A stretch of DNA of 64,000 nucleotides from Eledone cirrhosa. Its lineage: Eukaryota. The notes beneath the pieces are model-generated. The model did no database searches and was not told the DNA's origin. It worked only from the letters and a program-made list of their open reading frames with translations. Shown here in pieces: positions 62,161-64,000 of the stretch (positions are counted from its first letter, which is position 1; the number at the start of each line of letters is the position of its first letter). Where the stretch lies: assembly GCA_964016885.1 (NCBI GenBank), contig OZ024741.1:237460001-237524000 (forward strand). The letters run 5' to 3'. Position numbers and translations under genes: made by a program.

Positions 62161-64000
62161 TTCTTGATTATTTTTTTTTTATTTTTTTATTTGTTTATTT
62201 CTGCTTATGATTTTCTTTTCTATGATTCCTTGTTTATATTTTCACCTCATTATGATCATTTTGTTTTGATTTTCCCTCCCCCGTCTTTGTTTACCCTTTT
62301 TGCACTCCCCCCCCCCCGCGCTTTACACTCCACACCCACCATGCCCAGCCTGAAATCCTTTCTCCACCAACTCCACACACGCCTTAAACATTTCCTCACC
62401 CCTCCTCCCACCCTGCCATCTCCCTTCGGCCCTCCAGCTCTCCTACTTTCTCTTCGCCAAAACCCGGCATTCCAGCCACATCCATTTCCTCAGCCGCTAC
62501 CTCCACCTCCACCTCATCCCCCCTGGCTTCCGACTGCACTTCCTCACCTCCACCAAAGCCCTTAAGCTACATTCACCCCCACCACCCCCGTGACCCCACC
62601 CGCACCTCACCCATCAACCCCCACCCTCCACCACACACTCCCCTCCCCGTACCTTACCCCCTCCCCCTCCATATCACCCCCCTCTCACATCCAAACCGCG
62701 CGCACCCTACCCCCATTTGTTGTCACCATACCCCCTGACCTCCCCCTCTCCGCACCTGAGCGCTCACTCCTCAGTGGAGGCCTGCACTTCATACCCCACA
62801 CCCCGTACAGCGACGAATTCCGCACCCGAGCGGATGTCGAGCGATTCGTGCGACGCACCAAGCTACAGACACATTTTCACCAAACCCCACCGGCTCCGAA
62901 TGCCGGTACCGGGAAATTTATCACCCTGGACACGTTCGTCGACGCCTGCCGTAGCGAAGTAAATCGCTTCACTTCCGCCGCCGTTCCAAACGGCATAACA
63001 TCACACGGGGCGAACTCCTCGCTCTTCGCTCCCTCCGTAGCCGAGATGACATCGTCATCAAACCGGCGGACAAGGGAGGCGCCGTGGTGGTGTGGCGCGC
63101 CGACCTCTACACGGCTGAAGCCCTCAGCAGCTCCGTAACCCCCCTCTTCTACCGTCCTCTACCCTCCGATCCCATACCCCTCTACCAACAACAAGTTTCC
63201 TCCACCATCCAACACCTCGTCTCCTCCTCCCTCCTCCCTCCCACCGTTTCCCACCTCATCGTCCGCACCAAACTCCCCAAACTCCACAAACCCGACAACC
63301 CAGGCCGCCCCATCGTCTCCGCTGGCAACTGCCCCACAGAACTCATCTCCGCCTTTCTTGACTCCATCCTCGCCTCCCTCGTCACCACCCTCCCCTCCCA
63401 CATCTCCGACACCAACCACGCCCTTCGCCTGTTCGACTCCCTCACTTTCCCACCCAGCCCATCTCCCTCCTCTTCACCCTAGATATTAAGTCCCTCCACG
63501 CCAACAGCCTACGTAACCCTCACCCGAGAACAGCTCGACTCTTTTCTCTCCTTCTTCTGCTCGTTCCACCCCTCCCTCCACTTCACCACCTCTATCTCCA
63601 CCACCCACGTCCACTTCTTGGACCTCTCCGTCGCCATCGACCCCACCACCACTCCCTCGTCACCTTCGCCTTCTTCAAACCCACAGACTCCCTTCCTACC
63701 TCGACTTCAACTCCTCCCACTCTACACACACAAAAAACTCCATTCCCTATTCCCAACTCCTCCAGATCTGCCACCTCTGCAGCCGAGATGCCGACTTCGT
63801 GTCCCAAGCCCTTTCTCTAGTCAGCCATTTCATCCGGAGAAGTCCCTCCCTCCCACGACCACACCGCCCTCACTCGCGCATAGCTGTCCACCGCTCCAAC
63901 GCCCTCACCCCTCACCCCTCACCCCACGCCCCCGCATACCCATCCACCGTCTCCCCTTCCCCATCACCTACCACTCCTCCACCGCACCATCCTCTGCCTC

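Larger units (their letters stand above)
61050..64000 (+). mobile_element. Penelope-like retroelement relic (pLTR-like region plus frameshifted, internally deleted RT); runs off the window
   Basis: LSAPERSLLSGGLHFIP, DDIVIKPADKGGAVVVW, LPKLHKPDNPGRPIVS, LFTLDIKSL, HFLDLSV and KPTDS...YLDFNSSH...KNSIPYSQ; the YxDD region is deleted. Confidence 0.9.

Overview
AT-rich, repeat-dense eukaryotic DNA. The (TA)n/(GAT)n microsatellites, SINE/LINE spectrum and single-exon C2H2 genes suggest a coleoid cephalopod, probably Octopus (inference). Only two host protein-coding genes are supportable, both C2H2 zinc-finger genes arranged divergently. ZNF-A (14651-16126, minus) has 14 tandem fingers plus one isolated C2HC finger. 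ZNF-B (43248-47258, plus, 1336 aa) has decayed 'ghost' fingers, a 22 x 14-aa coding tandem repeat with a KR pair in every unit, and 15 fingers. The rest is transposon debris: RTE, CR1-like and R4/Dong-like LINEs, a Penelope-like element, tRNA-derived SINEs, mariner/Tc1 relics, MITEs and two non-autonomous Helitrons. The most striking unexplained signal is six small foldback elements from five sequence families, sitting in (TA)n tracts. They share one layout: inverted arms, with one arm carrying a 65-100 nt extra tail. They contain type I hammerhead ribozyme motifs, intact or variant, and several have a covarying UUGAG-loop hairpin in the tail. A near-canonical free-standing hammerhead lies at 60316-60358 and a Penelope-like RT relic is nearby. 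All structures were read by eye; no searches or folding programs were run.
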